A stretch of 64,000 nucleotides of DNA from the NCBI GenBank assembly GCA_030390025.1, contig CM059429.1, positions 56,606,001-56,670,000 of the forward strand, read 5' to 3'. Both the position numbers and the translations under genes were made by a program. The first letter of the stretch is position 1, and the number at the start of each line of letters is the position of its first letter. This DNA comes from Squalus acanthias. Its lineage: Eukaryota. The notes beneath the pieces were generated by a model. The model ran no database searches. It saw only the letters and a list, made by a program, of their open reading frames with translations, and was not told where the DNA came from. This document shows, in pieces, positions 14,089 to 25,799 of this stretch.

Positions 14089-15536
14089 GGCCCAGAGTTT
14101 CCTGGAACAGCGCGATCACAATGTACATGGTAAATTTTGTCATTTTGCGCGTCTATCTTCCCGTCGCGAATTTATGCCGAAATTTCCTGGAAAAGTAATG
14201 TGAATACGCTGCGGAGAGCATAATGATGAGCCAGGGACCTGAGAAGCGGCTCAGCCAATGGCTTACCTCATCTGTGTCAATGAACTAATTCAGCAGATCA
14301 ATATTGGCACGACTTGAGTCATAGAATTCAAATCCTTTCATTATGCTGAACTTGATCACCTATAGAAAATTGTCTGAGTTATGGATATACTCAGCTGCTG
14401 TATTCAGTTTTCAGGAACATTCCAAGTTAGAGATTTTTTATTTTTGCCATTTATTTAGAAGATAACATAAAAAATGTAAGTTACCTAAAAAGTCTCAGAT
14501 TTAAAAAAAAAACCCTTACTTTCATCAATAGTATGTGTAGGCACTAAAAGAAAGAAAGACTTGAATTTATATAGCGCCTTTCACGACCACCGGACGTCTC
14601 AAAGCGCTTTACAGCCAATGAAGTAGAGTCACTGTTGTAATGTGGGAAACCCGGCAACCAATTTGCACACAGCAAGCTCCCACAAATAGTAATGTGATAA
14701 TGACCAGATAATCTGTTTTTGTTATGTTGATTGAGAAATAAGTATTGGCCAGGACACAACTCCTCTGCTCTTCTTTGAAATTGTGCCATGGGATATTTTA
14801 CATCCACCTACGAGGCCTCGATTTAACATCTCATCTGAAAAGCGGCACCTCTGACAGTGCAGCACTCCCTCAGTACTGCACTGGAGCATCAGCCTAGATT
14901 TATGTGCTTAAGTCCCTGGCGTGGGACTTGAACCCACAACCTTCTAACTTCAGAGGCGAGTGTGCTACCAACTGAGCCACAGCTGACACCTATAGTGACA
15001 ATGTATACTAAACCCAACATACAATGACAAAGAAGAAGTATTTGGATGTGTTTCAGCACAGAATTAAATATATCAAGAAAGAGCAGAGGTTGTATTTTAG
15101 TTTAATTAATTATTTTGAACACACAAATTTAAATACATTCACAGATCAAATAAATTGATTGAATGATTTTGTACTTAGCTTGAGAGCCCTACTTCAGAAT
15201 GAACACAATGATCACTTATTTTTGATCGTGAAATGCCAAAGCCTGAAACTCCATTCACATGATTCCAGACTGCAGAGATGAAGTTCCACAGCTTCTATGG
15301 TCTTCCCAGGATGAGAATCATGTGAAAGCCATAAATCATAGCAATACCAGGTGACCAAGGGCTCACCTCCGCCATTATTGTTCAGTCAAAATGGCTGTGG
15401 TGAGAAAACTAGTGTAAATCCAGGAAATTCGTAATCACCATTGACTTGAATGGGAGTGAAGTTATGATCATCAACTCTTAACAGTTTTGGCAAGTGTATC
15501 AGCATAGCCCCACAAAGTTCCCAGGAAATTATGAAT
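14089..15536. mobile_element. Degenerate non-autonomous DNA transposon (Harbinger-type ends) interrupted by a SINE
   Basis: Left end AAT|GGCCCAGAGTTTCCTGGAAC, right end GTTCCCAGGAAATTATGAAT|AAT: imperfect TIRs and a possible AAT TSD. Confidence 0.4.
14546..14990 (-). mobile_element. Full-length tRNA-derived SINE (SacSINE1/DeuSINE-like)
   Basis: Minus-strand head with box A TGGCTCAGTTGG and box B GGTTCAAGTCC. L2-like tail GTGAAAGGCGCTATATAAATTCAAGT(CTTT)n. Homologous to copies at 25393, 28341 and 56620. Confidence 0.9.
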
Positions 15537-16039
15537 AATGACATAACGCACATAATTGTCATGGCATAATTGTCTAATTAGTAATTGTCTAATATCACTG
15601 CTATTCCTGCTAGTAGATTAACATACTTTATTGAAACAGTTTAATAGTGGGATATTGTAGCTAAATGGCAATACAATACAACTAGGCTGTGCATCCCTTG
15701 TTTTATTTATTCTGTCTTTAACAGTGGAAAAGGTGCAACAAATAGAACTCAGTGCTTTGTTTTTTATTTTCTGTTGTCAAATATTCTGAAGTAATAATTA
15801 AAGATTCACTCACTGCAAATACCATCAGCTATAATAATGTTTGTAGAAGCAATAGTTTGGGATGGAGAAAGAACATTTCCTGGTTATCAGCTAAAAATAT
15901 ACTGGGGGCCTGGGGCAGGACTTTTTTTCTTTGAAACCTAAAAATATTCACTCTAAACATTCAAAGTATGAGGCAACCCATAAATTTTAATTTTAAACTC
16001 TGCTGTTTATGCATTTCTCAACTCGTACTTGTGTTCATA

Positions 16040-16295
16040 TCAACAACTGCACTTCCATAATCAGACAATTGTCGTGACGTGAAAGAAATCTCGATAAAAT
16101 GCCATGCACCAGAATGCCACGCTGTGTTCAGTTCCCTATGAAATTGGCCTGAAGTGTTCATATATCACTGCCTTAACAAAGCCAAATATTTCCTGAAGTC
16201 ACAGTAAAGGTCAGAGTAGAAAGAACTGCTTCTAATTCCATAATTCCTTGTTTAATTAAACTTCACGGTTTGTCCGGTGGTGGTACTTATGGTTT
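16040..16295. promoter_or_regulatory. Candidate intron-4 enhancer with paired/homeodomain-type sites
   Basis: GTCGTGACGT (16071-16080; GTCACG on the minus strand) and TTAATTAAACTTCACGGTTT (16252-16271), with locally retained CpGs. Confidence 0.35.
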
Positions 16296-18229
16296 CCCTC
16301 CCTTTTTTATTTGTTCCTATAGTGAAGAATTTGTAATCCCATAGAGTGTTATTGCTTCCCTGTTCTTGATCCCTTTGCTAATTGCTGTCTTTCCTACTTT
16401 CTCCCAGTTTCATTACTCCTAGGCAGGGTTCTCCCCAGACAAAAGCAGCCTCAGCTGCATCAAACCTCACTAGGGAAGAATGTCATGGATACATAAACGG
16501 GCATGTTTGTGTTCTTTTGATGGTGTCTTTTCTTAAATTTGAACTGATCCCAAGTTGCTGCCGGCACTTCATATTTATAATGCTCTTGTTAATAATATTC
16601 AGTAATAACTCATAAAAAAGTGAATACATTTCCATAGGAATTTTCTAATTTATGTTTAAAGAAGCTTGACTTATTTTCTTACATGGAGTAGAAATGACTG
16701 CTATATTTAAATTTAACAGCTGGCTGCACCATTCAATAGAATTATGATTAGGAGTAATATGTTCACTTTTCTAATTTGTGGACTGTAGCATATTTACACA
16801 GGACTATGCAGAATACAAACTATTGTGAGTTACACTATGGTTTTACTGCACTTGGGAACCAGAGCAGCAATAAAATTGGCCAAAATTCACTTCCAAAAGT
16901 AAAGTGCGATGACAATTATTTGTTTCTGAACAAGATAGGTGTTGAATAAGTGAAACCAACCAACATATTGCTGCCTGATATTCCTTGAGTCTGGGTGCAG
17001 TATAATTGCAAATCAGTTTGGGTTCTGGACTGTGTACATTCGAGAATGCATTATGTAGTGATGCACATGATGTCATTCTGTAATTTGTTGATGTATACTA
17101 TTGCGATCCACACCTTTGCTGTAACTTTGTAAAAGATTTCACAGGGCCAGTACCACTGGTCGGAACTTGTGAAATCTACTCATAGCCTCAAGTAGAACAA
17201 CTCCGATAAGTAATTATAGAATCAATGTAACTGGGGTATTCCTCATCTAAGTATTTTGGATTTCTATTTGATCAGAATGAATGTTGGCTCATTTTAGGAG
17301 GATTCAATTACCAAGAACTGACAGTAAAATAATGCATGCATGTTATGATAAATGATTGATAAAGTAGTAACTCCAGTGAAAATGAGGACATCAAAACTGC
17401 TTATAATTCGTTTTAGTTTAAAAGTGTTATGTTTTGTGACAAGGCTAAATGCAGTGGGGATCATGTAAAACGAAGAAATATCCCATGATCAGGGCTTCTC
17501 TTAATCCAATTGTTGAATGTAGAATTTTTATATATCAATTTATGTTGATATTTATGATTTTTTTTCATTCAGAAGTGTTGATACAACATTAGGACAGCTC
17601 ACTTAGAGGAACTGAACTTGACAGTGTGAGGAAGCTGCGTTAATATCTGTGAATATAATCATTTTTTTCAGCGACCCTGACATTTTAACTGTGAGTGTCA
17701 ATTCAACACCTGCATATTTCTCACGGGCAGCTTGCCAGATCATGCAATCAGCAACTGTCATTTAAACAAAATTAGGTAAAAAGCACAGGATGTTAAAAAA
17801 AGACTTTGTAGCTGCATGATTTTTTAAAAGAACTCCAGAGAGTATTGCTTCATTTTTTTTATTGAATTCTCAAAAATGTACATTCTTATATATACATATA
17901 CACATATTTCCCACATCACAATAAATTGCTTTTCAAATCACAGAATAGGGTCTTGATGATTGTAAATCAAGAATTCAATAGTGATTCGAAGGACCCTTTA
18001 ACTATTATGTAACACCTTAAGAACACTTTGACCATGTTCTGCAACCATAGCAGTTGCTGTGGGAACTAGCAACATGCAGTTGTAGAAAGATATAGTTCAA
18101 CCTTGTCTTTATTTTCATAACTGCGGCAAAATCAGAGGGAGATCTGTTAAGATGGAGATCCCACTGAAGGCTAATTGTTTCTTCTGGCAAATGGGAATTG
18201 ATATTAAATAAATAATTATTGCTGCAACG

Positions 18230-18830
18230 TAGGAATATAGGAAAGTACAGGATAGGAAAAGAATATGCAGTCCATCTGACTGGTCCCAAAAATGAATATC
18301 TCCCAATTATCCACTCCCTCAAATATCTATCCAATTCCCCTTAAATATTTCCACATTATCTGCCTCCACAGCCTCCTTGGGAACTCCCCTCCACATGTTC
18401 ACCACCTAAACTATTTCCCTCTTCTAAGCTTCAGCCTATGCCCCTGGTTCTAGAGTTTGTGGCAATCTCAAATATATTGGGGTTAATTTTCAACTTCATT
18501 TTAATAGAACGGAAAATCAGGCAGGGTGTATAATGGGTGGACAATCTGCTACTGACAAGTTTTCTGACACCACAAAAGTTGAAAATTACCCCCATTATTT
18601 ATTCCCATAAGGAAACCGGAACACTTGAATGTCTTCTTCAGTCTTCTCTACTCCATGGTAAACAATCCCAGAGTCTTCAATGTCTCCTCATAGCTCATAT
18701 GCTTTAAGATAGGTATCACTCTTCTTCACTGCTTTCAATGCCTGGCTATCCTTGCTGGAGTAACATAATTGTACACAACACTCTAGATGTGAACATATCA
18801 CTTCTGCAAACTCATTAATGACCACAGGAG
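18230..18830 (-). mobile_element. Old CR1-type LINE 3' fragment, interrupted by a MITE
   Basis: Degenerate reverse-complement similarity to the CR1 3' ends at 19052 and 38908. Confidence 0.55.
18479..18593. mobile_element. MITE (PIF/Harbinger-type), 115 bp
   Basis: ATT|GGGGTTAATTTTCAACTT ... AAGTTGAAAATTACCCCC|ATT: 18-bp TIR with 1 mismatch and a 3-bp ATT TSD. Confidence 0.85.
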
Positions 18831-19051
18831 ATGTTATATCAAATGACTGCATAGAATTTGTTAGAAGCTGGCTGTCATCTGTACAGAAAGATGGTCATTT
18901 TTGTCTAGCCTTTATATTGTACAGTTTGACAGTTTACATGGTATAGAATTCTGAAATTCCATAAAATTTGCATGTCCCAATTCACTTAACTAAATTGAAC
19001 AATTCCATAATAATTGTTACTACTTACTGGAGTGAAAATGTGAGCTGGAGT

Positions 19052-19594
19052 ATTATGTTCAATTCTTTAGCACCACACTTTAGGAAGGATGTCAAGGCCT
19101 TGAAGAGGGTGCAAAAGAGATATACTAGAATGGTACCAGGGATGAGGGACTTCAGTTATGTGAAAAGACTGGAGCAGCTGGGGTTGTTCTCCTTAGAGCC
19201 GAGAAGGTTAAGAGGAGATTTGATAGAGGCGTTCAAAATCATGAAGGGTTTTGATAGAGTAAATAAGGAGAAACTGTTTCCAATGGCAGAATTGGTAACC
19301 AGAGGACACAGAATTAAAGTGATTGGCAAAAGAACTAGAGGGAACATGAGGAAACAATTTTTACACAGCGAGTTGTTGTGATCTGGAATGCGCTGCCTCA
19401 AAGGGTGTTGGAAGCAGATTCAATAGTAACATTCAAAAAAGAATTGGATAAATACTTGAAAGGAAAAAAAAATTACATGGCTATGGGGAAAGAGCAAGGG
19501 AGTGGGATTAATTGGATAGCTCTACCAAAGAGCTGGCACAGGCATGATGGGCTGGATGGCCTTCTGTGCTGTATTATTCTATGATTCTATGATT
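19052..19594 (+). mobile_element. CR1 LINE, 5'-truncated (ORF2 C-terminus and 3' UTR)
   Basis: Translations APHFRKDVKALKRVQKRYTRMVPGMRDFSYVKRLEQLGLFSLEPRRLRGDLIEAFKIMKGFD and IWNALPQRVLEA. Ends in an (ATTCTATG)n tail. Confidence 0.93.
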
Positions 19595-20959
19595 ATTTAG
19601 AACATTAAAGACAGTGGAATGTGTTTAAAATGACTAGTAATTCCAATTATAAACTGCTTAAACTTTGCATCCTGGCTGGTCTGCTTAATTATACTTTTTA
19701 AAAGCCTTCCTATAATAGCAATCAGAAATGAGAATGTCAGATGAATGATTTGTCTAGGTACTCCCATATTTTTACCGATGATTTTATTGTATTTTTTTTC
19801 ATGTTTTGTTTATGCACTTTGTATAATTCAGATGTGTCAAAGATAGGCCTGTATGCATAGGCAATGTAAATAATCCATAACCATTTTCATTTACAAAAGG
19901 GGCATCATTTGTACTCTTGCGTTCAACCTGAATCAGTGATCAAGTACAGTCTAGGACTAAGAATTCCAGATTAAACAGTTTGAAACAGAATCAAGGAACT
20001 AGATTTTTGGGTCTTGACTGCATTGAGACTTGCCCCAAAGGAAACTTGGCCGTTAATGAGTCTCCACGGTTTTAAAACAATCTATTACAGGATAGCCACT
20101 TACTTACTGATGTGTCCCCTCTGTGATTAAAATATCTTAATTACATTGTTAATAAGTCATATAGACAAGAAGCCAGAATGGATTTCTAAACACACTGGAG
20201 ACCAGGATGTATGGGTTCTCTTCAAATGTATACTTATAACTGTAGGAGGGAAATGTTTTTTGTGAAGTACACAGTTAACTTAAGGGCAGAGTCATAATAT
20301 GATGAATATAACATGTTCTTTAGATGTGAATTCGTGTACTTCAAGCTGATCTGAGTGTTTACTGTAATTGAACTCTGAACCTCTTCATCTCATCAGTAAA
20401 TAATGTTCAATGTGACAATCTGGATACACTGAAACTATTGACAGAGTGAAATGATTTCATAACAAGCAAAGATTCAAAATCAATTGGCCCCAGTTTTTAA
20501 AAGTGCTGTATTAGTAGTGAGTTTACATGGTAAAACTGAGGAAGAGCTTTGTGTTTTCAATTTTTATTTACTTTATAAAAAAAAATCAGGTTATATGTCA
20601 TTATTGATTACCCAAGTGTCTCCAGCATTAAAAACTAGCACTGTGTATAAAGTGGATTATGTCCCATATAACAATCTGGACACTGAATTTCGATTTGCTC
20701 AGAAAGATGTTAGGATATTCTGGGTGCTGTGAGGGAATTCATATTTATAGTGATTTACAGCAAGATATTAGTATACACATACCATGGCAAAATAACAGAC
20801 GAGCTAGTTATTACAGTGAACAATATAAGTTGACGGTTTGAACACAGATTCATTTGAGTAACATACAGGGTTCAGACATTTATTATCAGAAAAAGTAAAG
20901 ATTTTCAGGTGCTCTTGTTGATGAAAGCAAATGTAATTCTATAGTAACATATCCAATAT

Positions 20960-23155
20960 TAAGCAGGTACATATAATGAGTTCCCCCATGTATAAAGTGT
21001 CCATTTATAGTGAATTCCCTTGCATAAAATGTCCATTTACAGTCAATCTTCCTATATATAAAGTATCCATTTACAGTGAATGCCCAATATAAAGTGTCCA
21101 TTTATGGTAAATCTCCCTCTATAAATAGTCCACTTGGAGTGAATCTCCTTATATAAAGTACTTATTTTTCAATGAATCTCCCTCTGTATAAAATATGTCC
21201 ATTTACAATGAGCTCTCCTCCCATCAAAGCAGTGGAATCCAAACTTTCTGTCTCAGTGGAATATTTAGTTTCCTTCAATCATGTATAAAAATGGCATCAT
21301 TATCTCTTTGGAGGTGTTTTGGCTGATGCAAAGCCATTGTCCTAACTGATCATCTCCACTAAATTAAAATCTGTGTAATTAAATAGACACACAAAAGCAT
21401 GCCTCAAGTTAAGAAGAGATGCCTCAAGACTTAAATTTAATTAAATGTTGTATGTTAAAATGTATAAAAGCATCCCCAAGCAATTTAAGTTACAAACTGT
21501 TGAATTTGGTGGGACTGCTCAATTCATTGCTTTGTTTCTATATTTTAATACTGCAGGATTCACTTTCTGAATCTCCAGTCTCACCAAGTTCACACAGCAG
21601 CATACAATTTATAACTGGAAACAGAAATGGGGTGGATAACTGTGTTAGAGGAGAGCAAGTCAATGGGTTTTCATAGGTTGGTTTGCCAAGGTTCACAGGC
21701 CCATCTGGGCCATAGTCCATAGTTTGGACACCCTGGACCTACAGTAACTCCTGCTGCATAAAGTGTCTAGTTACAGTAAGTACCCTTCATATTGTGCGCA
21801 CGTTTACAATGATCCACACCCCCTATAAAGTATTTGATTAAAGTGAATCTCCTATATAAATGGTGGATTTACAATGAATCTTCTTGCATAAAGTGCCCAT
21901 TTACAGTGAATTCCTTGTATAAAGTCTGTTCACAGTAAATCCCACTTGCATGATGTGTCAATTCAGTGAATCTGCCTGCCATATAAAGAGTCCAATTACA
22001 GTGAGTTTGCTTTTGTACTGGTAGCCCATGTAGAGTAAACCTCTCCCCCTTCCGCCATATAGCTAATTAAAGAAAACTGTACAAGCAGTCCATCTACAGT
22101 TAATTTCCTTGCAGTGTCTAATTACACTGAATCCCACTGTGTTAAGTGTGATTCACATTGACTCTCCTGGCATTAAAGTGTTCATTTACAGTGAATCTCC
22201 CTGCTGTATTAAGTATCTGTTTACAGTGAACTTCCCTGCATAAAGTGTCTGTTTATAGTGAATCTCTGTATAAAGTGTCAGTTTATAGAGAATCTCTGTA
22301 TAAAGTGTCAGTTTATAGGGAATCTCTGTATAAAGTGTCAGTTTCCTGTGTAGAGTGTTCACTTACTGTGAATCGACTATAGAAAGTGTTGAATCAGTGA
22401 ATCTCTCTGCTGTATAAAGTGTTCACTTACCAATGAGTTTACTTTGTATTGACTATTCATTTACAGTGAACCTTCATGAAGCCTCCTATTTAAATGGATC
22501 TTCTCCTGTATAAGTGGTCCATTTACGGTATCTCCTTGCATAAATGGTATGTTTATAATGGGACTCCCTGCATAACTTGAATGTTTACAGAGTCTCCCTG
22601 TAAAAAGTATCCATTTACTGTGAATCTCCCTTCAATAAAATGCCCTTTCATAGTGTATCCCCTGAATTAGTGAATCTCTGTGCTATATAAAGTGTCTATT
22701 CACAGTGAGTTCACTTTGTATTAAGTGTCTATTTACAGTGAACCTCCTGCAGAAATTGTCAATTTACTGTAAATTCCCTGTCTAACTTGTCCATTTGCAA
22801 TAAATTCTTCTACTGTATAAAGTGTCTATACCAGGAGATTTGCTGAAAACTGACACTTTATGCAGGGGGGTCATTCACTGTAAATCAACATTTTATGCAG
22901 GGGAATTTTACAATAAATGTACACTTTAGCCAGAGAGAGAAACTGTAAATGAAGTGTACAGTTATGGTAAATCTCCCCCTGCGTAAAGTTACCATTTACA
23001 GTGAATCTCCCTACTACATTAAGTGTCCATTTATCGATACTCTCTAATGTAAACTGTCGATTCACAGCGAATCCTTCTGCTGTATTAAGTGTCCATTTCC
23101 AATGTGTTTCCCCCTTATAAATTGCCCATTTACAGTGAATTCCTCTGTATAAAAT
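20960..23155. repeat. Degenerate 30-33 bp minisatellite, consensus ~TATAAAGTGTCCATTTACAGTGAATCTCCCTG
   Basis: Dozens of head-to-tail copies in two blocks (~20960-21230 and ~21745-23155). Near-perfect 30-bp run at 22241-22344. Several inverted units at ~22830-22955. Confidence 0.9.
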
Positions 23156-23419
23156 TTCTTCTACAGCAAATATGTTGAAGAGGAGAAGAAAACATTTACT
23201 CTGTTTTAAAATTACACACCCTGAGTTTACTTCATATTCAGTAAAGCTACAGGCCCTGAAAATCCACAGGGCCATTTATATTGCTGTTGTGCCTGGAGGC
23301 AAATATTTCATCCACTGATCCTCTCCAGCGCTGACCCTGCCATAAATTGCGGGGTCAGTTCATTTAAATATCCATTTGCAGTTCAGTAGTGTAATCCTGA
23401 ATAGTGCGCTGTGGAGAGG

Positions 23420-25171
23420 GGACTTAGAAAATAAAGCTGCGATTTCGCCTACCGAGGCGGGTCTGGTGGCGGTGTGCGACCCTGGTGCTGGCTCCAGCCC
23501 GCTTTGTGAAATGATTTTACACAGATTGGGCTTGTTAAGCCCGCCCTGCGCATTTCCCAGCCAATTGAAGGAAGCGGGCCTGATGACATCATTTGATGAC
23601 GCGTCATCAGCCGGTTTCCTTAAAGGGACCATGCACAAATTGATTTTGACAGTTCTACTGTCAGTGTTCTACAGCACTGAGGTGCTGCAAACACTGACAA
23701 GCACTGCACAGAGGTGCACGCCTGCATCCAGGCTCTCCCAGCACACAGGGAGGTCCTCTTCCCTTCCCATGGGTGGAAGAGTCCTCCCCAGGAGATCAAC
23801 GCAGCCTGGTTGCACATTGCACAGGAGGACACAAGCAGGGATGTCATTAGGAGGACCAGGCTGCAGTGGCGCAAACCTTTCTATGATCTCAGCAGATCAC
23901 GAAACGTTACTTCAAAGCCACACTCAACCTCATCCTACTGTGCCACTCATCACATCCCCATCACTCTGCCTTCCCTACCCTACTCCTGCACATCCTTACT
24001 CACACCAACTTACCTTGCGCCTCCACCCATCCCTCTCTATCTACATTATCACTTTCCCATCTCACTCGTCACCCCTCACACTCACCCTCATCCCAGTGCA
24101 AGCATACCAACTAACAACACACAAGGGTAGGCACTTGGGTGTTTTATCCAATGTTCATGTAAAATTTCTGTTAATGTGGTGTCAAACATTGAAACCTTTA
24201 TTTTCAACACTTTGCGTTCTTGGACAGATTTGTGTGCACCTTTGTAAGTGGCTCAGTGAGTTGCAGTGAATGGTGAGACATAACGGTACTCCCCGCAATG
24301 GTGATGAGTGTGAAAGGAATGGCTTGGACATTGTAGGGATGTTTTATGGTGTTGGTGTGGGGTGGTGCCAACCTGGCGTATTATGTGGCAGCCAGAGTGT
24401 ACAATGCAAAGTGAAGTAAATCTGGCCATGGTGAGGCCATCCTTGACCTCCCGGGCAGCAATGTGGTCAGGTACTGATGTCCTGTGGCCTGTGCAGCATT
24501 AGTTGATTGCGGAGAAGTTTGGTGTTATTGTTGGTGCTGCTGGTGTGCCTGGTGCTGCTGGTGTTGGGGCTGATTGTGGTGGGATTCTGAGGACCAAGGT
24601 GAGATAGTTTCAAGGGCTCCGATGCTGATGAAATGGATGGCAGGTGAACTTTAGATGACAGAAGCAAATCTGTCAATGGTGAGTGAGGTTGTTCCAAGGA
24701 GGTGGCACTGGATAGAGATTTGGCTCCAAACACTTGCAAGCTGCATAAAGCTCAATCTGTCTTCCAACTGCAGTAAGCAACAGTTTCTGAGCTTGGAAAG
24801 TGAATAGCTGTGAGATGGGAGCTTTTAGACCACTTTTGCAGCTGTCAAGTAATCAGATAATTCCATGCTGAATCCACTTACGATTTGCTGAGCTGACGTA
24901 ATCCCCGAGCAGCGTATAACCCGTGGGGGAACTCGTAAAATTGAAAGGTAAGCTTAAAATAGTATTTAAATGCCTCTTAACCATCTCTTAATGATCTAAT
25001 TGCCTCCCCCGCCGCTTGGTGTCGGGTCTGTTCAGCGCTGATAGACCCGACATCTGGGAGACTCGCATGGAGGTGGGTTGACAGCGGGTTCCCTACCTGC
25101 TGTCAAAAAATTTTTTTCCCCACCCAACCCGTCACTGATCGTGCCCACTGACCCCCTGAAAAATTCAACCC
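23420..25171. mobile_element. Internally deleted Harbinger transposon with Myb/SANT exon remnant
   Basis: The + strand remnant HREVLFPSHGWKSPPQEINAAWLHIAQEDTSRDVIRRTRLQWRKPFYDLSRS aligns by eye with the Myb/SANT exon at 49835. The minus strand has a Q/H-rich segment joined to AAREVKDGLTMARF, resembling the two transposase ends. TIR-like right end GAAAAATTCAACCC|TAG; left boundary approximate. Confidence 0.7.
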
Positions 25172-25392
25172 TAGTAGTGCAGCCTTTAAAAAGGCAAGAG
25201 AGGCTGAAGGTTTTAGCAGCTGGCTGGAGGAGCAGCAGGTAAGTAGGAAAGTGTTTGGCACAGTGAGTTGACTTTCAGGTAGCTGTAATGGATGGCTCAT
25301 ATGTAATTCTATGACTTTTTAAAGCATGTCTTCAAGTGGAGGATCTGGCAGTAAAGAAGAGAGCAGGTCATTGTAAAGAGGCAGAAAAGAAT

Positions 25393-25779
25393 GGTGCCAG
25401 CCTTCGCTCAGTGATAGCACTCCCTCCTCTAAAAGAAAAAAGAAAGACTTGCATTTATATAGCACTGTTCACGACCTCAGTACTGAGGTCAGAAGGTTGT
25501 GGGTTCAAGCCCACTCCAGAGACTTGAACACATAATTATGCTGATACTTCAGTATGGTACTGAGCGAGCAGTGTCCTGGCCAATATTTATCCTCAACTAA
25601 AACAGATTATCTAGTCAATTATATTTTGGCTGTTTGAGGGATCTTGCTGTGTGCAAAATGGCTGCCATTTTTCCCTACATTACAACAGTGACTATACTTC
25701 AAAAGCACTTAATTGGCTGTGAAGCACTTTGTGACGTTCTGAGGTCATAAATGGCACAATATAAATGTAAGTTCATTCT
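25393..25779 (+). mobile_element. tRNA-derived SINE (same family as 14546) with an inverted SINE tail inside its head
   Basis: Head GGTGCCAGCCTTCGCTCAGTGATAGCAC, box B GGTTCAAGCCC and tail ATATAAATGTAAGTTC. Reverse-oriented tail fragment at 25431-25480. Confidence 0.85.
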
Positions 25780-25799
25780 ACCTAAGAGCATTCTGCTCT

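Noticed and set aside
14915-14990. tRNA gene
   Set aside because: The A and B boxes belong to a SINE head that continues into a SINE body and tail.
20960-23155. CRISPR-like periodic array
   Set aside because: Units are directly tandem and diverge along their whole length. There are no unique spacers and no cas genes, and the context is a vertebrate intron.
22871-23275. 134-aa ORF with internal periodicity (also 20886..21101)
   Set aside because: Translation of the minisatellite, not a plausible gene.
23376-24269. 297-aa ORF, the longest in the window
   Set aside because: It is an off-frame reading of a Harbinger remnant and its low-complexity intron, with no recognisable domain in this frame.
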